64,000 nucleotides of DNA from Gammaproteobacteria bacterium. GTDB taxonomy: Bacteria > Pseudomonadota > Gammaproteobacteria > Eutrophobiales > Eutrophobiaceae. A program made the translations under genes and the position numbers. The notes under the pieces were generated by a model. It ran no database searches. It saw only the letters and a list, made by a program, of their open reading frames with translations, and had not been told where the DNA came from. Shown here piece after piece: positions 29,421 through 38,742 of this stretch. How positions within the stretch are numbered: the first letter of the stretch is position 1; every line of letters starts with the position of its first letter. Location of the stretch: the NCBI GenBank assembly GCA_965243205.1, contig CBDEUK010000001.1, forward strand, positions 288,001 to 352,000, written 5' to 3'.

Positions 29421-29521
29421 TCTATATTACTAAACTAAAGCTAATATCAAAAAAATTTAGATATTATCAAATGTTAGGAATAAGATAAAAAATTAAGATT
29501 TTATTGGAATAAATGAAAGGG

Positions 29522-29556
29522 AAAAATAGAGCGGTCTAGAGACAATAAACCGCTCT
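29522..29556 (-). terminator. Rho-independent terminator after the cytochrome c gene (possibly bidirectional)
   Basis: AGAGCGGT/ACCGCTCT stem followed on the minus strand by ATTTTT. Confidence 0.65.
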
Positions 29557-29584
29557 TATTAGATATATGGATTAATTATCGATA

Positions 29585-30118
29585 TTATTGGTCTTTAAGT
29601 ATTTTAGGTTTGTCTGGACCAAGCACTCCATCAGAACGTGCTTTTAAATAGCGATAAATATTATCAACATTATCACGTACTGCAGGATTATTTTCCCACT
29701 TAGGCATAGTCGCTATTTCTCCTCGATCACGTTGTGCCTGCTTGAGTATTTCCTTGTACATTGACTCTTCTAAATCTATCCAATCATCCGTAGTAAACTT
29801 TACCGCATATTGGTGTAGTACCTTAATATTGAATTGAGCAGGTGTAATCCTTTTAACTCGTTCGAGAAGGTTTGGCGCTATCTCTGTGCCTGTCCCGCCG
29901 AGACCATGGCATCTTATACAGACACCATGATAATAATTCCAGCCAAGGAATGTAGCTGGGTCAACTTTTTCTTCGATGACTTCATATTGTGATTCTATTT
30001 TATAGTACTCTGACTCATATTCGCGTGTAATATTTTCTGCACTTTGCGCTTCTAGGTTTACTATAAAAATAACAACTGGAATATATAAACGGCAATATAA
30101 ATTCCTCATAATCGTCAC
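29585..30118 (-). CDS. Periplasmic monoheme cytochrome c
   Basis: Signal peptide, single CIRCH heme motif, APNL, distal Met in MPKW, YLKARSDG. Confidence 0.85.
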   Translation of the reverse strand: MTIMRNLYCRLYIPVVIFIVNLEAQSAENITREYESEYYKIESQYEVIEEKVDPATFLGWNYYHGVCIRCHGLGGTGTEIAPNLLERVKRITPAQFNIKVLHQYAVKFTTDDWIDLEESMYKEILKQAQRDRGEIATMPKWENNPAVRDNVDNIYRYLKARSDGVLGPDKPKILKDQ

Positions 30119-30168
30119 TCCTATTTGAATTGATGCATTAATACTAACAATAGCTTTGCATCTGTATT

Positions 30169-30182
30169 TTGATCTAAGTCAA
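30169..30182. promoter_or_regulatory. FNR/Anr-type box between divergent cytochrome c and amidotransferase genes
   Basis: TTGATCTAAGTCAA versus TTGAT-N4-ATCAA (1 mismatch). Confidence 0.5.
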
Positions 30183-30247
30183 CAAAAAAATAGATTTCAT
30201 TGATTATGTGCGTTAGTGTCACAAATCACTTATAGTAAGAATTAACT

Positions 30248-30967
30248 ATGAAGTTTTTAGTCTTTCAACACATTGATGTCGAACACCCAGGAATTTTTCG
30301 TGATTATATGCGCGAAGATGGTATCAAATGGGATATTGTTGAATTAGATGCTGGTGAAACCATTCCCAAAAACCTTAAAGATTATGATGCTTTGTTAGTG
30401 ATGGGAGGACCAATGGATGTTTGGGAAGAAGATAAACACCCGTGGCTTATCGAAGAAAAAGCTGCCATTCGAGAATTTGTAAAAAAATTAGATAAACCTT
30501 ACTTAGGATTTTGTTTAGGCCATCAACTATTAGCTACTGCATTAGGTGGGAAAGTTGATTTGATGCCAACACCTGAAGTGGGAGTGATGGATGTTGAAAT
30601 TACGGAAGATGGTAAAAAGTCTGTCATTTTCGATAATGTAGGAAGTCCCCTATCCTGTTTACAATGGCATGGTGCGGGCGTTACAGAAGCCCCTGAAAAT
30701 AGTTCAGTACTTGCTCAATCCCCTGATTGTGCAATCCAAGCTCTACAAGTTGGAAATAAAGCCTTTAGTATTCAATTTCATATTGAAGTAACCGACAAAA
30801 CCGTTTCCGAATGGGCTGCAGTGGCTGAATACGCTGAGTCATTAGAAAAAGTTTTAGGTAAAGATGCAATTGCTACATTCGATAAACTAACTCAAGATAA
30901 CTTAACAGAGTTTAATCAATCTGCAAAAAAGCTTTACGATAATTTCCTTAGAGCTTTAAAAGCTTAA
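30248..30967 (+). CDS. Type 1 glutamine amidotransferase-like hydrolase
   Basis: VMGGPM oxyanion motif, GFCLGHQ nucleophile, QFHIE catalytic His-Glu. Confidence 0.9.
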   Translation: MKFLVFQHIDVEHPGIFRDYMREDGIKWDIVELDAGETIPKNLKDYDALLVMGGPMDVWEEDKHPWLIEEKAAIREFVKKLDKPYLGFCLGHQLLATALGGKVDLMPTPEVGVMDVEITEDGKKSVIFDNVGSPLSCLQWHGAGVTEAPENSSVLAQSPDCAIQALQVGNKAFSIQFHIEVTDKTVSEWAAVAEYAESLEKVLGKDAIATFDKLTQDNLTEFNQSAKKLYDNFLRALKA

Positions 30968-31656
30968 AATTTCGTCTGTACTCCAAAAAACGTGATGTGG
31001 TTCATCACATCATCCGCACCTCTGCGACCATTGATGAATTGATTTTGGTAGCCCACTTCCAATGCAAGTTGTGAATTGATTCTATAATTCAAACCAAGAA
31101 ATAATCGGTTTTGATTAAAACCTGATTGTGGACCGCCATCAGCATCATTAAGATTAATAAATACTTCTTCATTGATAGCCAATGATAAATTTTCATTGAT
31201 GAAAGGAAGTTTTTTTGTAAGCCGACCAAAGTAACGAAAACGATACGCTACATCATCAATACCTTTCAAGAAACGCTGTTCTAAACGAAAACGATGAGCA
31301 AGAGCAAGACCATCTGAAAAAGGTTGTTTAATAAATAATTCTTGAAATGAACGATGTTCATCACGATTTGGATCATAGGTTGGGATATAGCCATAACCTT
31401 GGTACAAAGCAATATTTTCTTGTAATTGATAACCAATCGCTCCGCGTAGAAGCAATGTATCGAGTGCACTGTTATCACCACCTGGAATATCACTTAATGT
31501 AAAACGCGGTTGTATATCTAAAAAGCCAGGTACTTTTTCTGATAGATTAAAACGACTTAATGACATAAACCATGCACTGGTTCGAGTTTCTGTGTCCGCG
31601 AGTACAACTGAAGGGGAAATAACCAATAAATAAAAAAATAAACTTAATATACGCAT
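30964..31656 (-). CDS. DUF2490 outer-membrane beta-barrel protein
   Basis: Signal peptide, EHRSFQ, HRFRLEQRF, FNQNRLFLG, terminal Phe. Confidence 0.85.
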   Translation of the reverse strand: MRILSLFFYLLVISPSVVLADTETRTSAWFMSLSRFNLSEKVPGFLDIQPRFTLSDIPGGDNSALDTLLLRGAIGYQLQENIALYQGYGYIPTYDPNRDEHRSFQELFIKQPFSDGLALAHRFRLEQRFLKGIDDVAYRFRYFGRLTKKLPFINENLSLAINEEVFINLNDADGGPQSGFNQNRLFLGLNYRINSQLALEVGYQNQFINGRRGADDVMNHITFFGVQTKF

Positions 31657-31683
31657 TTTAGCTATATTATCCTTAACTATAAA

Positions 31684-32496
31684 TTATTCGATAACTGCTT
31701 TTTTATAAATATGCCATGTTGTATGACCTAATACAGGCAACACAACCAATAAACCTAAAAACATTGGAACGAATGATAGCATAACCGCCAGTGTTACAAA
31801 TACACCCCAACTAAGCATAACCATTGGACTTGCAGCAACTGTCTTAAAACTTGTAATCATTGCAGATATCACATCCAATTCTTTTTCTAATAATAAAGGA
31901 AACGAAATGACGGTCGTAGAAAATAAGACTAAAGCAAAAAATGCCCCTACAATATGGCCAACTAGGATAAAAATAATACCCTCACTTGTTGTAGTAATAA
32001 TTTCTAAAAACTCTCCTAAACTTGCGAATGACATTTTTCCTAATACTAAAGCAATTAACAACCTGACTTGATACATCCAAATCCAAAAAATAAATAAAAC
32101 CACAAACGCCATCCAATGTAATTCGCGTCCTGATTGTTGCCAAATTACCGACAATATTTTATTCCAAGATAATGGCTGTCCTTGATCTAATCTTCGACTT
32201 ACTTCATATAAACCGACAGCAATGAAAGGACCGATTAACGGAAAACCAATTAACATCGGATACATAAGCCAAGCTTTTTCCCAAACAAATAAAGATTGAA
32301 AAATAAAGATACCTATAAAAGCATAAACACTCCCAAAAAATAAGCCAAAGAGAGGTGCTTTTCGAAAATCCTCGATGCCTTTATATAGACTCGATTTCAA
32401 ATCTGAGAAGGTCAGAACATTTACATCGGGAAGAATAGGGATATCTTCGTCAGTATGAGAGTGGATTGGTTGGCTACCTGATTCAGTCTTTGTCAT
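31684..32496 (-). CDS. DUF2189 integral membrane protein
   Basis: GFPLIGPFIAVGLYEVSRR, PVLGHTTWHIY. Confidence 0.88.
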   Translation of the reverse strand: MTKTESGSQPIHSHTDEDIPILPDVNVLTFSDLKSSLYKGIEDFRKAPLFGLFFGSVYAFIGIFIFQSLFVWEKAWLMYPMLIGFPLIGPFIAVGLYEVSRRLDQGQPLSWNKILSVIWQQSGRELHWMAFVVLFIFWIWMYQVRLLIALVLGKMSFASLGEFLEIITTTSEGIIFILVGHIVGAFFALVLFSTTVISFPLLLEKELDVISAMITSFKTVAASPMVMLSWGVFVTLAVMLSFVPMFLGLLVVLPVLGHTTWHIYKKAVIE

Positions 32497-32590
32497 GATA
32501 TTTCAACCTTTGTTGCTCAGAGATTGTCTTATCAATAATTTTAATCAGAATTTATTATGAGATCCAAGGTTTTAAAAAACTGTCATCATA

Positions 32591-34030
32591 TTACGAATCT
32601 GTTTTCATTTGTTTCAATGCATCCAATGCTATTTTTCTTGCATCACTATGATCTAATAGAGGTTTTGGATAATCTTTGCCTAAATGAATATTTGCTAATT
32701 GCAAATCCATAGTATTGGCTAACCAAGGTTTATGAATAACTTCGTTTGTTAAACCACCTAATTCAGGAATCCATTTTCGAATATATTCTCCATCGGGATC
32801 AAATCGCTCGCCTTGAGTGATTGGATTAAAAATCCTAAAATACGGCGCAGCATCAGCACCAGAACCTGCTACCCATTGCCATCCCATTGTATTATTCGCT
32901 AAATCAGCGTCGACCAAGGTATCCCAAAACCATTGCGCTCCTTCTTTCCAGTGAATTAAACAATCTTTTATTAAAAAAGAAGCAACGATCATTCTTACAC
33001 GATTATGCATCCATCCCGTTTGCCAAAGCTCGCGCATACCAGCATCCACAATAGGATAACCTGTTTCACCATTTTGCCATGCAACTAAATATTTTTTATT
33101 TTTCTGCCAAGGAAATTTTTGAAATTCTTCTCGTAGAGGCTTTTTATCGGTATGTGGAAAATGAAATAATAAATAATGTGCAAATTCACGCCAAACTAAT
33201 TGTTTTAAATAGACTACTGCAGGTGTTGGAACTGCATTTCCATCAAACTTTTCTAACAATGCATGCCAAATTGTGTTTGGGCTTATTTCTCCAAAATGTA
33301 AATAAGGAGATAGTTTTGATATTCCATCACGCGCAGGAAAGTCACGTTGATTACCATAATTAACTACTTTAGATTTTAAAAAATTCTTTAAGTGTTTTTT
33401 AGCATTAGTTTCACCAGGCTGCCAATCCTGTTCTATACCCAAGTGCCATTGTATTTTTGGCAACAAACTTAATTGCATTACCGTTAATGATTTTGGCTTT
33501 TTTTTCAAGTCTGTTTTAGGCTTAGATTTAGCTAGAGGTAAATCAGGTGGCGACATAGCCTGTGTACTATTCCAAAAAGCGGTATAAACTTTATATGGTA
33601 AACCTTGTTTATTGAGTATTTTTTGTGGTTCGTACAGCAAGCTTCCGTTAAAACTTTTTGCTTCAATACCACACTCAATAAAATACGTCTTGAGTTGCGT
33701 ATCTCGCTTGATAATGGCTGGCTCATAACGCCGATTCCAAACGATGCTTGCTATAGAATACTGTTTAATTAATTCTTCAAAGACGTTCCTGCTATTACCT
33801 TTTAATATGACTAAATCAGAACCTATTTTTTTTAAGCTATCTTGCAAAGCTAATAGAGAATGATGTAACCATACCTTACTCGCAGAGCCCATTGACCAAT
33901 GAGCCTCAGAATCATCATCCCAAATATAAAGCGGTAGTACAGATAAATCCGATTTAGCAGCGTGATAAAATGCTGGATTATCTTCCAGTCTTAAATCTTG
34001 CCGAAACCATACAATGCAAACTTCATCCAT
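32591..34030 (-). CDS. phrB: Class I CPD DNA photolyase
   Basis: WFRQDLRLEDN, SKLSPYLHFGEIS, WREF, TGYPIVDAGMREL, WMHNRVRM, YFRIFNP. Confidence 0.95.
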   Translation of the reverse strand: MDEVCIVWFRQDLRLEDNPAFYHAAKSDLSVLPLYIWDDDSEAHWSMGSASKVWLHHSLLALQDSLKKIGSDLVILKGNSRNVFEELIKQYSIASIVWNRRYEPAIIKRDTQLKTYFIECGIEAKSFNGSLLYEPQKILNKQGLPYKVYTAFWNSTQAMSPPDLPLAKSKPKTDLKKKPKSLTVMQLSLLPKIQWHLGIEQDWQPGETNAKKHLKNFLKSKVVNYGNQRDFPARDGISKLSPYLHFGEISPNTIWHALLEKFDGNAVPTPAVVYLKQLVWREFAHYLLFHFPHTDKKPLREEFQKFPWQKNKKYLVAWQNGETGYPIVDAGMRELWQTGWMHNRVRMIVASFLIKDCLIHWKEGAQWFWDTLVDADLANNTMGWQWVAGSGADAAPYFRIFNPITQGERFDPDGEYIRKWIPELGGLTNEVIHKPWLANTMDLQLANIHLGKDYPKPLLDHSDARKIALDALKQMKTDS

Positions 34031-36362
34031 TAGAATTTTTTTTAATATGATGAATTATTGTAAACAGCGCTGGAATTAATAATAAGGCGGCCAACATATT
34101 CATAAAAAACATAAAGACCAAAAGTATTCCCATATCAGATTGAAATTTCAAAGGAGAAAATAACCAGGTAATAACGCCAAGCGACAAGGCTAAACCCGTA
34201 AACAATATACTATAACCCGTACTAGAGATGCTTGTTAAATAGGCTTTGTATAAGTCATGTGTTCTCTTATACTCTTCAGAGAGTCTATTGTATAAATAAA
34301 TGCCATAATCCACACCTATTCCAATACCTAAAGCAACAACCGGCAAAGTATTTACCTTCAAACCAATTTCAAGAAAACTCATTAAGGCATAAGCCATGAT
34401 CGATACAAAGAATATAGGATAAAGAATCACTCCAATTGCTAATTTCGATCGAAAACCTAAAAAGACTAAAATAACGATGGCAATAAACATATAGATTAGT
34501 ATTGGAAATTGTGCTTTTTTCACCTCTTCGTTCGTAGCAGCCATCACTCCAACATTCCCTGTAGCCAGTCGATAATCGATATTTTTATTGTCATTTTCTG
34601 ATTTGAATTTATTCACAGCAAAAATAATCTTTTCAATCGTCTCTTGCTTATGATCTTTGCTAAATATTTGTACTGGCATAACACTGCAATTAGAATTCAA
34701 CAAGCCTGTGGAAGTAGGTATATAAGCGGTCGCCTGCGATAACAATGATGGATTTCTAGGTAGCTCATTCCATTTTAAGTAGCCTTCATTCCAACCTGCA
34801 TTGATCTGTTTTGCTTGAGTAGGCAAAGAATTTACTGCCTTCACACCTTGTGTGGTTTTCATATATTGTGTAAACAACTCAATATTTCTCATCACCTCAA
34901 AATCTATGCACCCTTCATTTTTTGTTTCTACAATGACATTTAGGAGATCAACTCCAATCGAAAACTTATGACTGATGATGGAAGAGTCTATATTATATTG
35001 TGCATTATTATGAAATTCAGGCACACCTTCATGTTGATCACCAATTTTTATATTCATTGCTTGTGTAAAACAAAGTACCAATATAAATAAAGATAAACTA
35101 GAGATTAAAATAGATTTTTTTAACTCTATTAAACTAGAAAATTTAATCCATAGTGGTTGTAATGAGTTCAGTCGTTTGTTAATTGAATTTTTATACTGAT
35201 AATCATCAGATACATACGATATTAGTAATGGTAATAATAATAAATTTGTTATGATAACTATCGCCACTCCAATACTAGCAGTGATAGCCATTTCTTTAAT
35301 GATTCCAACATCGATTAATAAAATACTAAAAAAACCTACCGTATCGCTTAATAAGGCGATTAGTCCTGGTATAAATAAAACGCAAAAACTGTTTTTACTA
35401 GCTTGCTTTATAGATAAACCTTGAATTAAATAGCTTTTTACACGACTAATTATTTGGATACCGTGGCTGGTTCCTATTGCCAGAATTAGAAAAGGAACTA
35501 GTATGGATACGGGATCAATACCGAAACCAATTAAAGGTAACAAACCTAACTGCCATATAACTGCAAAAATAGAACAGATTAAAGGCATTAAACCTAATAA
35601 AAATGATTGACTGTAATAAACAAGAAGTATCACTAAGATACATATGGTTATTAAAAAATAGTTCAACATCTGTTTTGAACCATCCCTTATATCGCCCATA
35701 TATTTAGCAAAACCAATAATATGAATATTTATATTTGGATATTGCTTCTCATATTTTTTTCTAATTAATTCCTCTAATTGCTTGGCTACTGAATGGTAAT
35801 CCAGTTTTTGATTGGTATTTGGATCAATTTCTTGTAATTCTGCACTGACTAACGCACCACTAAAATCATTTGCAACTAATCGTCCTATAATATTCGCTTT
35901 ATAAATGTTTTCTCTTAATGTATTTATACTTTCATTCTCAAAATCGAAATCATCTGTAACTACATTTCCACCGATGATGCCATCTTCAACAACTTCCGTA
36001 TATTTCACATTTGGTGTGAATATAGAATATATCCGTGAACGTTTAATCCCATTAATAAAAAACATTTCATCACTGATATCTTTTAATGCCGAAAGATATT
36101 CTTTATTAAAAATGTCTTTCTTTTCATCCATAACAGCAACGATAATCCGATTAGCTCCAGCAAATTCGTTTTGATACTCAACAAATGTTTGCATGTATTC
36201 ATGCTCTAGAGGTAATAATTTAACAAAGCTAGAATCAATTTTTAAATTCTGAATAGAAAGTAAAAAAAATATCGTTATTACTATAAAAATACTGACAATT
36301 ATATTTCTATAATAAAATAAGTTATTTTCGATTTTTTTTACTATTGGCTGTTCCATATTCAA
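34023..36362 (-). CDS. MMPL/RND-family transporter of the DUF1302/DUF1329 cluster
   Basis: Two-fold repeat of TM bundles; VPFLILAIGTSHGIQ, ALLSDTVGF, GIGVDYGIY. Confidence 0.9.
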   Translation of the reverse strand: MNMEQPIVKKIENNLFYYRNIIVSIFIVITIFFLLSIQNLKIDSSFVKLLPLEHEYMQTFVEYQNEFAGANRIIVAVMDEKKDIFNKEYLSALKDISDEMFFINGIKRSRIYSIFTPNVKYTEVVEDGIIGGNVVTDDFDFENESINTLRENIYKANIIGRLVANDFSGALVSAELQEIDPNTNQKLDYHSVAKQLEELIRKKYEKQYPNINIHIIGFAKYMGDIRDGSKQMLNYFLITICILVILLVYYSQSFLLGLMPLICSIFAVIWQLGLLPLIGFGIDPVSILVPFLILAIGTSHGIQIISRVKSYLIQGLSIKQASKNSFCVLFIPGLIALLSDTVGFFSILLIDVGIIKEMAITASIGVAIVIITNLLLLPLLISYVSDDYQYKNSINKRLNSLQPLWIKFSSLIELKKSILISSLSLFILVLCFTQAMNIKIGDQHEGVPEFHNNAQYNIDSSIISHKFSIGVDLLNVIVETKNEGCIDFEVMRNIELFTQYMKTTQGVKAVNSLPTQAKQINAGWNEGYLKWNELPRNPSLLSQATAYIPTSTGLLNSNCSVMPVQIFSKDHKQETIEKIIFAVNKFKSENDNKNIDYRLATGNVGVMAATNEEVKKAQFPILIYMFIAIVILVFLGFRSKLAIGVILYPIFFVSIMAYALMSFLEIGLKVNTLPVVALGIGIGVDYGIYLYNRLSEEYKRTHDLYKAYLTSISSTGYSILFTGLALSLGVITWLFSPLKFQSDMGILLVFMFFMNMLAALLLIPALFTIIHHIKKNSNG

Positions 36363-36369
36363 TATTCGA

Positions 36370-37338
36370 TTATTTATAACGTTCTAATCCTTTATCGCTT
36401 GTCAAATAATATTGATTTTTAAATTGAATTAATGAAGTGTAATTTCGTTTAGATAAAGATTTTTTTTCTTTTATCTTAAACGTATCTTTATTCAGTTCTA
36501 AAATGATAGAACCATAACCTAATAAATAAATTGACTCATTTTCTTTATAGGATGAATGAATTGTTTCATTTGTACCTGTCTGTATTTTTTTCCATTGTTG
36601 AGTATTCAGATCAAAACTATAAACATTTCCTCTTAGACCATAAAATATTATAGATGTATCATCTATAAACTCAGCACCAAAAAATGAACCTGTATAGGGT
36701 GATTGAAGAACTTGCCAATCCTGACATTGGTTTTTAGATATAAAAATAACACCAGCTTCGGCTGATATTGCACATGTATTATTATTAATAGATATTGAAT
36801 TAAAATGTAATTCATTGAATCCTAGCTCATTTTCATTTTGAGCAATCATATTTGTGATATTTATAGTTGTTTTTTCCCAGCTTTCACCTGAATTACTACT
36901 CGTAAGATACAAACCATAACTACCTATAGCAATTAACCTATTATTATCAATAAAATCTATATCAAATATTGCCTGTTCAATCTGAGTGTTGTTATAGACT
37001 AACGTCCAAGTGTCTCCTGCATCCTCAGATAAAAAAATATTGGCATCATGACCTGCAGTTAATAATTTTCCGTTATCATTTGATGTAATTGAAGTAAGTA
37101 ATCGATGATTTTTAAGTTGTGTTTGATTCCAATTAACGGCATCAACTGAATTTAGAATCAATCCATGTTCACCGACTAACCATAATCTATCGTCGTAAAT
37201 ATACGAATCTAGAATTAAAAAATCTAACTGATAAGGGTTTATATTTTGTTCGGAAAAAACTGAAGAAGTAAAAATTAGCAATACAACAAAATAACTATTT
37301 ATAAAATTAACTAGTTTATTGTTAGTATTGAAATTCAC
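36370..37338 (-). CDS. YCF48/BNR-repeat beta-propeller protein
   Basis: VGEHGLIL, SEDAGDTW, SSNSGESW Asp-box repeats, PYTGSFFG, GLRGNV. Confidence 0.85.
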   Translation of the reverse strand: MNFNTNNKLVNFINSYFVVLLIFTSSVFSEQNINPYQLDFLILDSYIYDDRLWLVGEHGLILNSVDAVNWNQTQLKNHRLLTSITSNDNGKLLTAGHDANIFLSEDAGDTWTLVYNNTQIEQAIFDIDFIDNNRLIAIGSYGLYLTSSNSGESWEKTTINITNMIAQNENELGFNELHFNSISINNNTCAISAEAGVIFISKNQCQDWQVLQSPYTGSFFGAEFIDDTSIIFYGLRGNVYSFDLNTQQWKKIQTGTNETIHSSYKENESIYLLGYGSIILELNKDTFKIKEKKSLSKRNYTSLIQFKNQYYLTSDKGLERYK

Positions 37339-37377
37339 ATTATGATTTGTTGTATTTAAACACTATAAAAAGAAATA

Positions 37378-38730
37378 TTATCTTTTACCTTCACGTCGTA
37401 AAGCAGATGGAGTGAATTCAGCAGAATTAAAGTCTTCTCCAAAACGGTATGGTTCAAATTCATTGTATAAGCCAAATGCTGCATAACGGCCTTCTTGAAT
37501 ATCCGTACTCACTTCAAGTGTGTACCATGTAGATAATATATCATAATAATTAATCGCAAAACCTTCAGCAATTCTCCAAAGCTGATCACGATTATCATAA
37601 ATATCAACCGCTAGAATTTGCCAAGAATCTTCATCGATGTAAAAAGTACGGCGTTTGTAAAGATGTCTTTGTCCAGATTTAACGTTTGCTTCAACAACCC
37701 AAACTCGGTGTAACTCATAGCGAGGATATTTTTGGTTAATATGTAATGGGGTTAATATGTCTTCATGTTTAAGTTCGGAACTGTGTAGCTTGTAATTATT
37801 ATATGGCACATAGATTTCTTTTTTGCCTTTTAAAGTCCAATCGTATTTTTCTAAACTACCAGAAAACATATCCAGTTGATCGGTTGTACGCATACCATCA
37901 GACGCTGTTCCTGGCGTATCAAACGCTTTATTTGGCGCTCTACGTACGCGTCTTTGTCCAGGGTTATAAACCCAGGCCTGACGATTTTCTTGGCTTTGAT
38001 TAATTGTTTCATGCACTAATAATATGCTACCTGCTAGTCTTGCTGGTGCAGTAACTTCCTGTTTAAAATAACCAATAAGATTATCGACTGTGTTTATATT
38101 AGTACTCGGATCATAATAACGAAGCAGAAAATCTTCTTTTAATTTCACTAAAGTATAATCACCACCACGAGTTGGTGTGGCTAAGCCAATATTTCTATTT
38201 CCTTTTACTCCACGATAACGTAACAAATGATTGAACATCACTTCTTCTGCTTGGGTAGGGATTGGAAAAGGAATGCCCTGGGCTGCGTTATCAACACCAT
38301 TTCTATCTGCAGTTAATGTTGCAGTAGAAGCGTTACTTTTAGTTGCATCGTATACTCTTTGCGGTGCAGAAGCTGAACGACGTGTTGGATAAACATTTAG
38401 AAAATAACTATCGGGATATTGCTGTACTAAGGCTTTATGACCTTCGGTCATTTTGTCGGTATATTGACTGATATTTGATTGATTAATTGTGAATAGAATT
38501 TGATCCGATGCATAAGGATCGACAAAATGTTTTCCTTTTTCATAACCTGCAGGCGGTGTAGTAATCCCACCTTCCCATTTAGGAATAGAACCATCAGTAT
38601 TACCTGCGACTTCTCCACCAAGAGGTGTAAGCGTTTTACCAAGTTCGTCAATAGAAACCGCCAAGGCATTTGATGAAATAAATGCAACAATGAATAATGC
38701 GATAAAAATATTTTTAGACGGTTTTTTCAT
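37378..38730 (-). CDS. DUF1329 periplasmic protein
   Basis: LTPLGGEVAGNTDGSIPKW, AWVYNPGQRRVRRAP, RYELHRVWVVEA, FYIDEDSW. Confidence 0.93.
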   Translation of the reverse strand: MKKPSKNIFIALFIVAFISSNALAVSIDELGKTLTPLGGEVAGNTDGSIPKWEGGITTPPAGYEKGKHFVDPYASDQILFTINQSNISQYTDKMTEGHKALVQQYPDSYFLNVYPTRRSASAPQRVYDATKSNASTATLTADRNGVDNAAQGIPFPIPTQAEEVMFNHLLRYRGVKGNRNIGLATPTRGGDYTLVKLKEDFLLRYYDPSTNINTVDNLIGYFKQEVTAPARLAGSILLVHETINQSQENRQAWVYNPGQRRVRRAPNKAFDTPGTASDGMRTTDQLDMFSGSLEKYDWTLKGKKEIYVPYNNYKLHSSELKHEDILTPLHINQKYPRYELHRVWVVEANVKSGQRHLYKRRTFYIDEDSWQILAVDIYDNRDQLWRIAEGFAINYYDILSTWYTLEVSTDIQEGRYAAFGLYNEFEPYRFGEDFNSAEFTPSALRREGKR

Positions 38731-38742
38731 TAAACAAATCGA

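Noticed and set aside
29344-29584. tRNA-Arg as the attachment site of a genomic island
   Set aside because: No integrase and no duplicated tRNA 3' end were seen in the window
34023-36362. The RND transporter as the missing HpnN
   Set aside because: Its motifs and operon context match the DUF1302/DUF1329-associated RND family; proximity to hpn genes alone is insufficient
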